64,000 nucleotides of DNA from Tolypothrix carrinoi HA7290-LM1 (GTDB lineage Bacteria; Cyanobacteriota; Cyanobacteriia; Cyanobacteriales; Nostocaceae): NCBI GenBank assembly GCA_019358935.1, contig JAHHIK010000002.1:96001-160000 (forward strand), given 5' to 3'. Of the stretch, positions 30,262 to 39,133 are shown piece after piece. How positions within the stretch are numbered: position 1 is the stretch's first letter; each line of letters starts with the position of its first letter. Under the pieces are notes generated by a model, which saw nothing but the letters and a program-made list of their open reading frames with translations, did no database searches and was not told where the DNA came from. The translations under genes were made by a program, and so were the position numbers.

Positions 30262-32364
30262 CTACCCCCATAAAAATCTTATAAGCCTTCGCAGCCAAGA
30301 GTTGCTAGCACTTATCTTAGCCCGCAAATTTGCCAAATTTTTACGGACAGTAACCGTATTTGGATGATTAACCCCCAAAACCCGCTCACACAGTTCTAAA
30401 GCTTGGATAAACAGCGGTTCGGCTTCACTGTAGCGTCCTTGGGAATCGTAGAGATTAGCCAAGTTGTTCAAGCTGGTGGCAACATCGGGATGTTCTTCTC
30501 CCAGCAGGCGTTTTCGCAGTTCTAAAGCTTGGATATGCAGCGGTTCGGCATCACTGTAGCGTCCTTGGGAATAGTAGAGTCCTGCCAAGTTGTTCAAGCT
30601 GGTGGCAACATCGGGATGTTCTTCTCCCAGCAGGCGTTTTCGCAGTGCTAAAGCTTGGATATGCAGCGGTTCGGCTTCACTGTAGCGTCCTTGGGAATAG
30701 TAGAGTCCTGCCAAGTTGTTCAAGCTCATGGCAACATGGGGATGTTCTTCTCCCAGCAGGGGTTTAGAAAGTGCTAAAGCTTGGATAAACAGCGGTTCGG
30801 CTTCACTGTAGCGTCCTTGGGAATTGTAGAGATTAGCCAAGTTGTTCAAGCGAATGGCTACATCGGGATGTTCTTCTCCCAGCAGGCGTTTAGAAAGTGC
30901 TAAAGCTTGGATATACAGCGGTTCGGCTTCAGTGTAGCGTCCTTGGGAATTGTACAGATAAGCCAAGTTGTTCAAGCTGGTGGCTACATGGGGATGTTCT
31001 TCTCCCAGACTGGCTCTGACTACTTCTACACACTGCTTGAACCAAGGTTCGGCGATCGCATACAAACCCTGTCCATGATAGAATCTGCCCAAACCGACGA
31101 AAACCGAAATTAAATCTTCATCACTCACCGCATCAGTGAGATTTTGTGCCACTTCTGTTAAATGGGGTATGGCATCTTGCACTGACTTGATCTTCTCAAG
31201 GGTGGGTGTGTCGGGTATTTGCTGGGCAACTTTTATAAATACAGCCGCAAAATTTCTTCGGAAGTCATCTGTGTTTTCTAATGCTGCTAACTTTGCCTTG
31301 AGAAATTCCCGAATTAAAGGATGTATTTTGTAGCAAGCTTGTTTCTCTTGCAGGCTTTCAATTAAATAACGCTTGTAAAGTTGCTTTTTGGCTTCGTTAA
31401 TGTCTGATGTACAATTAAGCAAATCAGTTGCAGATTCTACGAATTTCCAAGAAATAACATCTGGGGCAAATAAACTCAAATACGCTCCCACACGCTGGGT
31501 TATCGGCTTGAGTTGTTGCCAGCTTAATTCAAATGCGGCTTTCACCCCTTGCGTTGAAGGGTTTATTGCTTCATCTTCCAGTCGCTGGGCTTTCAGCCTT
31601 TGTAACATCTCTGCTAGAGATAAATCTGGATCTTCGTCTAAATACTGCCGTACTAATTGCAACCCCAAGGGCAGATATCCCAACCATTGGCACAATTTTT
31701 CTGCATCAACTCGTTTTTTACCTTTTAATGGCAGCAATTGCAAAGCTTTATCTGGTGGTAGTACATTCAGAGGTAATTCCTGCACATTGTCGAGGTTTCG
31801 CAAGCGGGTTGTCAGCAATACGCGGAAGCGGTTAGTTGTTGGTAGTAGCGTTTGACAACTTTCCCAATTTTCATCAGTCACATCATCTAATACTACCAAC
31901 ACCAGCTTTTCTGCTGGTTGCCAGTTTTGCCAACACCAGGCTACCTGTTCCTGAAGAGTCAGCAGTCTTTCTCCCTGTTTTTGCGGTACTTCCTGCATGT
32001 ATAACTGGACAATCTCTAATATATCCGCTGCCAAATTCGATTTCTTCGCATTTAACCAGCAAATACCCCCAGGATAATCTTTTTCATGTCCTAGAGCATA
32101 TTGCGTCGCGAGTTCGGTTTTGCCGATTCCACCCATACCCGCTATTGCCGAAATTGCGACAGTACCAGGTTGCTGCAATTTTTCATGCAGCGTGGTGAGT
32201 TCCTGTTCTCGTCCAACAAAGTTAGCGATGCCTCGATTAGGAATATATTTTATGGGATTTGGTGGAGAAGTTCGTTGGGGTTGCCCAAAATTGATATTTG
32301 GGTTATGGATGTTGACACTTCCGCCCTTAATATTTACACCTTGCCAATTTTCGTTGTTAGTCAT
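30262..32364 (-). CDS. NLR-like STAND protein: short N-terminal motif + NB-ARC + TPR sensor
   Basis: FVGREQEL, Walker A GMGGIGKT, Walker B VLDDV, GYLPLGL, IHPLIR; five 42-aa TPR units (HPxVAxSLNNLAxLYxSQGRY). Confidence 0.92.
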   Translation of the reverse strand: MTNNENWQGVNIKGGSVNIHNPNINFGQPQRTSPPNPIKYIPNRGIANFVGREQELTTLHEKLQQPGTVAISAIAGMGGIGKTELATQYALGHEKDYPGGICWLNAKKSNLAADILEIVQLYMQEVPQKQGERLLTLQEQVAWCWQNWQPAEKLVLVVLDDVTDENWESCQTLLPTTNRFRVLLTTRLRNLDNVQELPLNVLPPDKALQLLPLKGKKRVDAEKLCQWLGYLPLGLQLVRQYLDEDPDLSLAEMLQRLKAQRLEDEAINPSTQGVKAAFELSWQQLKPITQRVGAYLSLFAPDVISWKFVESATDLLNCTSDINEAKKQLYKRYLIESLQEKQACYKIHPLIREFLKAKLAALENTDDFRRNFAAVFIKVAQQIPDTPTLEKIKSVQDAIPHLTEVAQNLTDAVSDEDLISVFVGLGRFYHGQGLYAIAEPWFKQCVEVVRASLGEEHPHVATSLNNLAYLYNSQGRYTEAEPLYIQALALSKRLLGEEHPDVAIRLNNLANLYNSQGRYSEAEPLFIQALALSKPLLGEEHPHVAMSLNNLAGLYYSQGRYSEAEPLHIQALALRKRLLGEEHPDVATSLNNLAGLYYSQGRYSDAEPLHIQALELRKRLLGEEHPDVATSLNNLANLYDSQGRYSEAEPLFIQALELCERVLGVNHPNTVTVRKNLANLRAKISASNSWLRRLIRFLWG

Positions 32365-32479
32365 GAGTGTGTTGCTGAGTCAAAATATGAATTAGCCTCA
32401 CGCAAAGGCGCAAAGGCGCAAAGAGTAAGAGTTTCAGATATATTTCATATCCGCGCTTCAGCAATGCCAGGATAGGTAT

Positions 32480-32914
32480 TTATTTGCTGCGAAAGTCTAA
32501 ATTAGGTTTATTAATGGTGTTATTTCCGCCCTTAATATTTATCCCTTGCCAATTTTCGTTAATGATTCCTGGGCGTTGTGCCTGCACCATCTGTGTTAAA
32601 TCTTGAATAGCCTTCTCCAGTTGAGGATTTGTCTTTGCGGCTTGGTTTACATCATTTCCCAAAGCTTCCACTGCCGCTTTTATCTCTGGATCTGCTTGCG
32701 CTGCTTTCTCTATCTCTAAAACAGCGACACCAATATCTTCTCGCCCTGCTGCTGGTAAAGCTGCTAAAGTCGCTACAGTATCAGGCGATTTAGCTTGTAG
32801 CTTTTGTTTGGCATAATCAAGCCCTGCATCAAAAGCCTTTTCTATACCCCAATCAGCAAATTTGCCGCCTAAATATAGTCCTAACGCGATCGCTCCAGCG
32901 GTTAACGGTTCCAT
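32480..32914 (-). CDS. Small Bell-like helical protein whose C-terminal motif matches the NLR N-terminus
   Basis: Hydrophobic N-terminal helix MEPLTAGAIALGLYLGGKF, helical core, and C-terminal NENWQGINIKGGNNTINKPNLDF. Confidence 0.75.
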   Translation of the reverse strand: MEPLTAGAIALGLYLGGKFADWGIEKAFDAGLDYAKQKLQAKSPDTVATLAALPAAGREDIGVAVLEIEKAAQADPEIKAAVEALGNDVNQAAKTNPQLEKAIQDLTQMVQAQRPGIINENWQGINIKGGNNTINKPNLDFRSK

Positions 32915-32945
32915 AAGCTACTTTCGTAAAGCGCAATTACACAGG

Positions 32946-32976
32946 ATACTACCAGCTTGACTGCGGTACTTCCGGA
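32946..32976 (-). promoter_or_regulatory. DIF1-like promoter candidate
   Basis: Minus strand reads TCCGGA-N18-GTAGTAT, ending 31 nt upstream of the ATG at 32914. Confidence 0.45.
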
Positions 32977-33000
32977 AATGTTTATATTAAGTTTATATTA

Positions 33001-33094
33001 CAGAACTTACGCAAAAACTCTCTGCAACTCTTATTCCTTTGTGTCCTTCGTGCCTTCGCGGTTCGTTATTCCGTGAAAGAGTGCGTAAGTCTTA
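33001..33094. mobile_element. 94-bp MITE with a 9-bp target-site duplication
   Basis: CAGAACTTACGCA...TGCGTAAGTCTTA imperfect inverted ends; TTTATATTA at 32992-33000 and 33095-33103. Confidence 0.7.
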
Positions 33095-33194
33095 TTTATA
33101 TTACAGCGATTTTCACCTAAATGAACCACATTATTTTTATCTCACGCAAAGGCGCAAAGGCGCAAAGGAAGAAAGAAAGGAAGAAAAGTGTGGT

Positions 33195-33887
33195 CTAAAT
33201 ACATGAAAATTGCTGTAAACCAGAGCGATCGCCTATTCCTGACAACTGAAAATCTGGTAGTTGGCAAATGGCTTTGAGAACTTGCAATAATTCAATTGCA
33301 TCTGGAGATTCATTCAAGTTCAGTAATGGCATTAACTGATAAGTTGGCGGTGTACTTTGTCTAAGATAAACATATTGATAACGCAGTCCATTCGTTATCA
33401 ATCCCCATACAGATTCTTGCTGTTCTAAACTTTTATAAGCGTAGGTAAGCAGTTGTGGTAAACCCTGAAGCACGTCAGCTAAACTATTTTTCGTCTCAAT
33501 TACTAACACCCAAAAAGGCGGCATAGTAATTGCCTGAGCGTTGTTGATTGCTAAAATATCCATGCGTCCTTTAATATTTGTATCCTCGTCTTCGATGGAA
33601 ATAGCAATTACATCCTCCATCGTCAAGCGAATCAGCACATCATAAAATCCAGCCAATCGCATTAATGGGGCAAGTGTCAAAAATTTCACTAATCCTTCCG
33701 AAACTTTTCCCGCTGCTAGGTAACGTTGAAAGTCATTGCTAATCCGCAATAAATCTTGCTGTTCAAACTCACTCAGAGGTTGTAAAGTTAAGTAGTCTGT
33801 AAATGAGCCAATTGGCTGTTCTTCCAGCTTCAGCAAGCGATGAACGTCGTTTAAGAATAGGTTACTAGCTTCTACGGTGAGTGTCAT
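33195..33887 (-). CDS. HSDR_N-like restriction-endonuclease-fold protein
   Basis: GRMDIL...VIETKN...QGLPQLLTYA...GLITNG (PD-(D/E)xK, QxxxY, TNG). Confidence 0.8.
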   Translation of the reverse strand: MTLTVEASNLFLNDVHRLLKLEEQPIGSFTDYLTLQPLSEFEQQDLLRISNDFQRYLAAGKVSEGLVKFLTLAPLMRLAGFYDVLIRLTMEDVIAISIEDEDTNIKGRMDILAINNAQAITMPPFWVLVIETKNSLADVLQGLPQLLTYAYKSLEQQESVWGLITNGLRYQYVYLRQSTPPTYQLMPLLNLNESPDAIELLQVLKAICQLPDFQLSGIGDRSGLQQFSCI

Positions 33888-33976
33888 AGGTGGCGATAAG
33901 TTGATTTGTACTAATTCTCATCTTGCCGCAATTTCCACCCGATACAGGCTATGAAAGCGAATGCGTCGTACTAAGT

Positions 33977-34097
33977 CAGGACTTACGCACGAATAATTGA
34001 ATAACGTAGACGCGCAAGCGGCTTGCCGAAGGCTACCGCAGAGTACACAGAGATAACAGAGGAATAAGAGTTTGAGAGAGTTTTTGTGTAAGTCCTA
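33977..34097. mobile_element. MITE of the same end family as 33001-33094
   Basis: CAGGACTTACGCA...TGTGTAAGTCCTA. Confidence 0.6.
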
Positions 34098-34202
34098 TAA
34101 GTAACCTTGCAATTTCCGCTTATCTTTAGGAAAATCAAAACACTTTTAGTAAATCTGCGTACAGAATAGTTTGCAGTAACAATATTAATTAGCGATCGCA
34201 TT

Positions 34203-36176
34203 ATGTCTCAACCCACGATAGAATCAATCCTCCAAGAAAAGCGTTTATTCCACCCACCAACTGAGTTTTCCCAAAATGCCCAAATCAAAAGTTTAGAAGA
34301 CTATCAGCGTCTCTACGACAAAGCTAAGGCAGATCCGCAAGCATTTTGGGCAGAATTGGCTGAAAATGAGTTGCACTGGTTTGAAAAATGGGATACGGTG
34401 CTAGATTGGCAACCACCTTTTGCGAAATGGTTCGTTGGCGGTAAGATTAATATTTCTTACAACTGTCTTGACAGACACCTCACCACTTGGCGCAAAAATA
34501 AAGCTGCACTGATTTGGGAAGGAGAACCAGGAGACTCGCGCACTCTCACCTACGCGCAATTGCATCGAGAAGTTTGCCAGTTTGCAAATGTTCTCAAGCA
34601 GTTGGGAGTACAAAAAGGCGATCGCGTTGGTATTTACATGCCAATGATACCCGAAGCAGCGATCGCAATGCTAGCTTGTGCGAGAATTGGCGCACCCCAC
34701 AGCGTCGTTTTTGGCGGTTTCAGTGCGGAAGCTTTACGCGATCGCCTCATCGATGCCCAAGCAAAGTTGGTTATCACTGCTGATGGTGGTTTCAGAAAAG
34801 ATGCGATCGTTCCTCTCAAAGAACAAGTAGACAAAGCTTTAGCTGATGGTGCTGTCCCCAGCGTGCAAAACGTCCTCGTTGTCAAGCGTACCGGACAAGA
34901 AATTTATATGCAGTTAGGGGGACGCGACCACTGGTGGCACGACTTGCAAAAAGATGCCTCAGCCGATTGTCCCGCCGAACCGATGGACAGCGAAGATATG
35001 CTGTTTATCCTTTACACCTCTGGCAGCACTGGCAAACCGAAAGGCGTTGTCCATACAACTGGTGGTTATAACTTATACAGCCACATCACCACGAAATGGA
35101 TTTTCGACTTGCAAGATACTGATGTATATTGGTGTACGGCTGACGTAGGTTGGATTACTGGACACAGTTACATTCTCTACGGTCCCCTTTCCAACGGTGC
35201 AACCAGCGTCATGTATGAAGGAGCGCCGCGTGCTTCAAATCCGGGCTGTACTTGGGACATTATCGAAAAGCACGGTGTAAATATTTTTTATACTGCACCT
35301 ACGGCAATTCGTGCTTTTATCAAAATGGGCGAACATTTGCCGAAAGCGCGAAATCTTTCTTCGCTGCGTTTGTTGGGAACTGTTGGCGAACCGATTAACC
35401 CGGAAGCTTGGATGTGGTATCATAAGATAATAGGCGGGGAACGCTGTCCAATTGTTGATACCTGGTGGCAAACGGAAACAGGCGGTATCATGATTACGCC
35501 GTTGCCAGGAGCAATTCCCACCAAACCCGGTTCCGCAACTTGTCCTTTCCCTGGAATTCTTGCGGATGTTGTAGATTTAGAAGGCAATTCTGTACCGAAT
35601 AACGAAGGCGGTTATTTGGCGGTGCGTCATCCTTGGCCCGGTATGATGCGGACTGTATACGGCGACCCAGAACGCTTCCGCCGCACTTATTGGGAACACA
35701 TCCCCCCCAAAGATGGAAATTATATCTACTTTGCTGGCGATGGTGCGCGGCAGGATGAAGATGGGTATTTCTGGGTAATGGGACGAGTAGATGATGTGCT
35801 GAATGTGTCAGGGCATCGTTTGGGGACGATGGAGGTAGAATCGGCGCTGGTGTCTCATCCGGCGGTGGCTGAGGCTGCGGTGGTGGGTAAACCGGATGAA
35901 TTGAAGGGTGAGGAAGTTGTTGCTTTTGTGACTTTGGAAGGCAGTTTTCAGGCGAGTGAAGAATTGAGTAAGGAGTTGAAGAAGCACGTTGTTCAAGAAA
36001 TTGGCGCGATCGCTCGTCCGGGAGAAATTCGCTTTACTGATGCTTTGCCGAAGACGCGATCGGGTAAGATTATGCGGCGATTGCTGCGAAATCTGGCTGC
36101 GGGTCAGGAGGTATCGGGGGATACTTCGACTTTAGAAGATCGCAGCGTGTTGGATAAGCTGCGGGGAGAAGCTTAA
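34203..36176 (+). CDS. acs: Acetyl-CoA synthetase
   Basis: [21 protein letters not shown] and [11 protein letters not shown] motifs. Confidence 0.97.
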   Translation: MSQPTIESILQEKRLFHPPTEFSQNAQIKSLEDYQRLYDKAKADPQAFWAELAENELHWFEKWDTVLDWQPPFAKWFVGGKINISYNCLDRHLTTWRKNKAALIWEGEPGDSRTLTYAQLHREVCQFANVLKQLGVQKGDRVGIYMPMIPEAAIAMLACARIGAPHSVVFGGFSAEALRDRLIDAQAKLVITADGGFRKDAIVPLKEQVDKALADGAVPSVQNVLVVKRTGQEIYMQLGGRDHWWHDLQKDASADCPAEPMDSEDMLFILYTSGSTGKPKGVVHTTGGYNLYSHITTKWIFDLQDTDVYWCTADVGWITGHSYILYGPLSNGATSVMYEGAPRASNPGCTWDIIEKHGVNIFYTAPTAIRAFIKMGEHLPKARNLSSLRLLGTVGEPINPEAWMWYHKIIGGERCPIVDTWWQTETGGIMITPLPGAIPTKPGSATCPFPGILADVVDLEGNSVPNNEGGYLAVRHPWPGMMRTVYGDPERFRRTYWEHIPPKDGNYIYFAGDGARQDEDGYFWVMGRVDDVLNVSGHRLGTMEVESALVSHPAVAEAAVVGKPDELKGEEVVAFVTLEGSFQASEELSKELKKHVVQEIGAIARPGEIRFTDALPKTRSGKIMRRLLRNLAAGQEVSGDTSTLEDRSVLDKLRGEA

Positions 36177-36181
36177 GAAAA

Positions 36182-36243
36182 TCTCACGCCAAGGCGCAGA
36201 GACGCAAAGAGTTAAAAGGGCGTCTTTGCGTCTTGGCGTGAGA
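36182..36243 (+). terminator. Long stem-loop after acs
   Basis: TCTCACGCCAAGGCGCAGAGACGC...GCGTCTTTGCGTCTTGGCGTGAGA. Confidence 0.6.
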
Positions 36244-36313
36244 ATGCAAATTCATATTTTTAAGGGCGATCGCTTTCAAGTAAGTTAAGTTATGAAGCAT
36301 TGACAGTTAAAGA

Positions 36314-36658
36314 GTGGAAGCACAACCTAGAGAAATCCGAAACTACCGAACAGTAGACGAGAGAATTCCTTTTGAAGAGTGGCTTGATTCTCTACGGGAT
36401 AGAAGAGCCAGAGCTAAAATTAGAAATAGGCTTACACGAGTCGAATCAGGTAACTTGGGAGATTATCGCTCAGTAGGGGAAGGAGTTTTTGAACTGAGAA
36501 TTGATTATGCTTCCGGTTATCGTGTTTATTTTGGGCAAATAGGGTCAACGATAATAGTTATACTCTGTGGCGGAGATAAAAGTACACAAGAACAGGACAT
36601 TCTTACAGCTAAGGAATATTGGAGAGATTATGAAAGACGTGAAAACCCCAACCAGTAG
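36314..36658 (+). CDS. RelE/ParE-family toxin (addiction module killer type)
   Basis: PFEEWLDSL, GNLGDYRSVGEGVFELRIDYASGYRVYF and LCGGDKSTQ motifs. Confidence 0.88.
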   Translation: MEAQPREIRNYRTVDERIPFEEWLDSLRDRRARAKIRNRLTRVESGNLGDYRSVGEGVFELRIDYASGYRVYFGQIGSTIIVILCGGDKSTQEQDILTAKEYWRDYERRENPNQ

Positions 36659-36950
36659 CAGTTACAAAGAATACCTGATTTCGTCTCTCAAAGATCCTCA
36701 AGAAGCTGCTGGTTATCTTGAGACTTTTTTAGAATTAGAAGAACAAGAGAGTGAACCTGAACTATTGCGATCGGCGTTAAAAGATGTGGTTGATGCGCGT
36801 TTGCTGTCAGATAATCTCTCACAAGAAGCTAAACAGCATTATGAACAGCTTGATAAGATGCTGTCAGAAACTGGTGGAACTGAAATTTACACTTTGATAG
36901 AGTTTTTGGATGCTCTTGGATATCGCATTGCGTTAGTACCGAAAGATTGA
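36630..36950 (+). CDS. Probable antitoxin / DNA-binding partner
   Basis: YLISSLKDPQEAAGYL...FLDALGYRI; overlaps the toxin 3' end; ATG at 36630. Confidence 0.75.
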   Translation: MKDVKTPTSSSYKEYLISSLKDPQEAAGYLETFLELEEQESEPELLRSALKDVVDARLLSDNLSQEAKQHYEQLDKMLSETGGTEIYTLIEFLDALGYRIALVPKD

Positions 36951-37090
36951 TGGGGTGGTGAAAGTGCGACAGCGAGTAACTCACATTCCCCGAATTCTCA
37001 CATAGTCATAGAGCAATATAATTGCATTGTATTTTCTTTAACTTAAATCTCTAAAATTATAAATATTTTTCCGGAGAAATATAGTTTTGA

Positions 37091-37290
37091 TTATCCGCCT
37101 TCGGCGGAAGGCAGAAGGCAGAGGGCAGAGGGCAGAAGGTATAAATTATGTCTTTGATTCCGCCTTCTGGCTGGAGCCAACTGGGTATAAAACCCCACCG
37201 TCTACACGGTGGATTCAATCGGTTGGGGTTTGAATCCCCATCCGATTGCTCCTTCAGCATAGCTGCCTCCTGCCCTCTGCCTTTCTTCAA
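37091..37290 (+). mobile_element. Dispersed 200-bp element, copy B
   Basis: TTATCCGCCTTCGGCGGAAGGCAG...CCTTTCTTCAA; matches the copies at 24.2 and 57.7 kb. Confidence 0.9.
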
Positions 37291-37596
37291 AAATAGCAAC
37301 TATGACACTAATTTAGTGTAGCGATCGCATAAAATCCGATTCGTTGGAACACTTTTATTATTTATGAGGTCGGTAATCAAGTAATAATTTTCTTTGATTA
37401 CCGCGTTCTCAATTACCTGTATATCAAGTGATTCACCTAACAACTGAATATTTTCACAAAGCTATTTACGGATGAATTGAAAAGTGGTATGGATACACAC
37501 GGAGTTCTTCCTTCAAAGTTATCAGAATTACCGTTCTTGTTTCCATCAAAAAATAGGTGCGAACCTGTTGAAGTAATTAACTTATCATTCAAGCAC

Positions 37597-38781
37597 ATGA
37601 AATTACGTATAATTACTTTAGGTTGGCGGCGTTCGATTCAATGTTTGTTGCCAGTCTTGTTTTTAGTATCATTTCTTACGGTATCTCAGATAAGTAGCCT
37701 TCAGGCGATTGCCCAACAACCCCGGCAGGAAATTCGGGGAGTTTGGCTGACTAGTAATGATTTTGACATCCTCAAAAATCGTTTGAAAGTGCAGGATGCA
37801 ATGAGTCAATTAAGGCGGCTCAACTTTAATACAATTTATCCTGTAGTATGGAATTCTGGCTATACATCGTATCCCAGTGCCGTAGCCAAAAAAATTGGTA
37901 TTCCGTTTTTTGATCGAGGCTCCCAAGGACAAGATATTCTTGCAGATGTAATTACTCAAGCTCATCGCCAAGGGTTACTGGCGATTCCCTGGTTTGAGTT
38001 TGGTTTCATGGCTCCCCCAACTTCAGAACTAGCATTAAATCGTCCTAATTGGCTCACGCAAAAGCGGGATGGTAGCGAAACTTCGATTAGTGTCGCCGGT
38101 GAGGTTGTCTGGCTCAATCCCTTTCTTCCAGAAGTGCAACAATTTATCACCAACCTCGTATTAGAAATTGTCACTCAGTATGATGTCGATGGAATTCAAT
38201 TTGATGACCACATGAGTTTGCCCAACGAATTTGGCTACGATAAATATACAGTAGCGTTGTATACTCAAGAAACTAAAAATAATCCGCCAACGAATTTTGA
38301 AGATGAAGCATGGGTGCGCTGGCGGGCAGATAAAATCACAGTATTCATGATACAACTCAACGAAGCTGTGAAAGCAAGAAAACCGAATGCGATTTTCTCG
38401 GTTTCGCCCAATTATTACGACTTTGCATATAAGTTACATCTGCAAGATTGGCTTGGCTGGGTAAGGCTGAATATTGTAGACGAACTAATTATGCAAGTTT
38501 ATCGTCAAGATTTGTCAAGTTTTATCGCAAAAATTACCCGTCCAGAAATTCAGGAAACACAACAGATAATTCCCACCGGAATTGGTATTATGGCAGGGTT
38601 GAGAAATCGCCCAGTTCCAATAAAACAAATTCAATCGCAAGTGCGAGCAGCTCAACAACGTCGTTTGGGCGTAACTTTCTTTTACTACGAAAGCCTTTGG
38701 GATTCAGCTCCAGAATCGGTTAGCGATCGCCAATCTGCATTTCAAGCTTTGTTTCCCTCTCCCGCACCCCGCACCAAGTAA
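37597..38781 (+). CDS. Secreted glycoside hydrolase-like 10 (GHL10/DUF187) protein
   Basis: Signal-like segment; EIRGVWL, IPWFEFG and YDVDGIQFDDH motifs; start position uncertain. Confidence 0.85.
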   Translation: MKLRIITLGWRRSIQCLLPVLFLVSFLTVSQISSLQAIAQQPRQEIRGVWLTSNDFDILKNRLKVQDAMSQLRRLNFNTIYPVVWNSGYTSYPSAVAKKIGIPFFDRGSQGQDILADVITQAHRQGLLAIPWFEFGFMAPPTSELALNRPNWLTQKRDGSETSISVAGEVVWLNPFLPEVQQFITNLVLEIVTQYDVDGIQFDDHMSLPNEFGYDKYTVALYTQETKNNPPTNFEDEAWVRWRADKITVFMIQLNEAVKARKPNAIFSVSPNYYDFAYKLHLQDWLGWVRLNIVDELIMQVYRQDLSSFIAKITRPEIQETQQIIPTGIGIMAGLRNRPVPIKQIQSQVRAAQQRRLGVTFFYYESLWDSAPESVSDRQSAFQALFPSPAPRTK

Positions 38782-39047
38782 TTGATAAATGGGCATTGGG
38801 CAATGGGCATTGGGCAATCGACGCGCAAATGTTGGATTAGTAGGGGTGGGGTTTCCCCAATCGTACACAGAGCGTTGGAGCGTTGTACTTCGTCTCTCCT
38901 AGAAATTCCACAATTCTGCCGTTTGTGATACTTGACAAAAGTTACATCTTACACTAAAAAAACCATAGATAAATTCCGCACCACTACCAAGAATTTTTCA
39001 ATGATTTAACTCTTACGTTCTTTCTATTTAAACGGTAAGCTACTTTC

Positions 39048-39100
39048 ATAGATATAGATTATTGTTGATGCCTCAAATGATAATCATAGATATAAGTATA
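39048..39100 (+). promoter_or_regulatory. Two candidate LysR-type boxes upstream of ndhF3
   Basis: ATAGATATAGATTAT (39048-39062) and ATAGATATAAGTTAT (39086-39100), both ATA-N9-TAT / T-N11-A. Confidence 0.5.
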
Positions 39101-39133
39101 TTTAATTAGTCTTATCGTGTCAGGATAGAAAGG

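Noticed and set aside
30376..31005. CRISPR array or diversity-generating retroelement repeats
   Set aside because: In-frame 126-bp TPR coding units; no reverse transcriptase gene or non-coding template repeat seen
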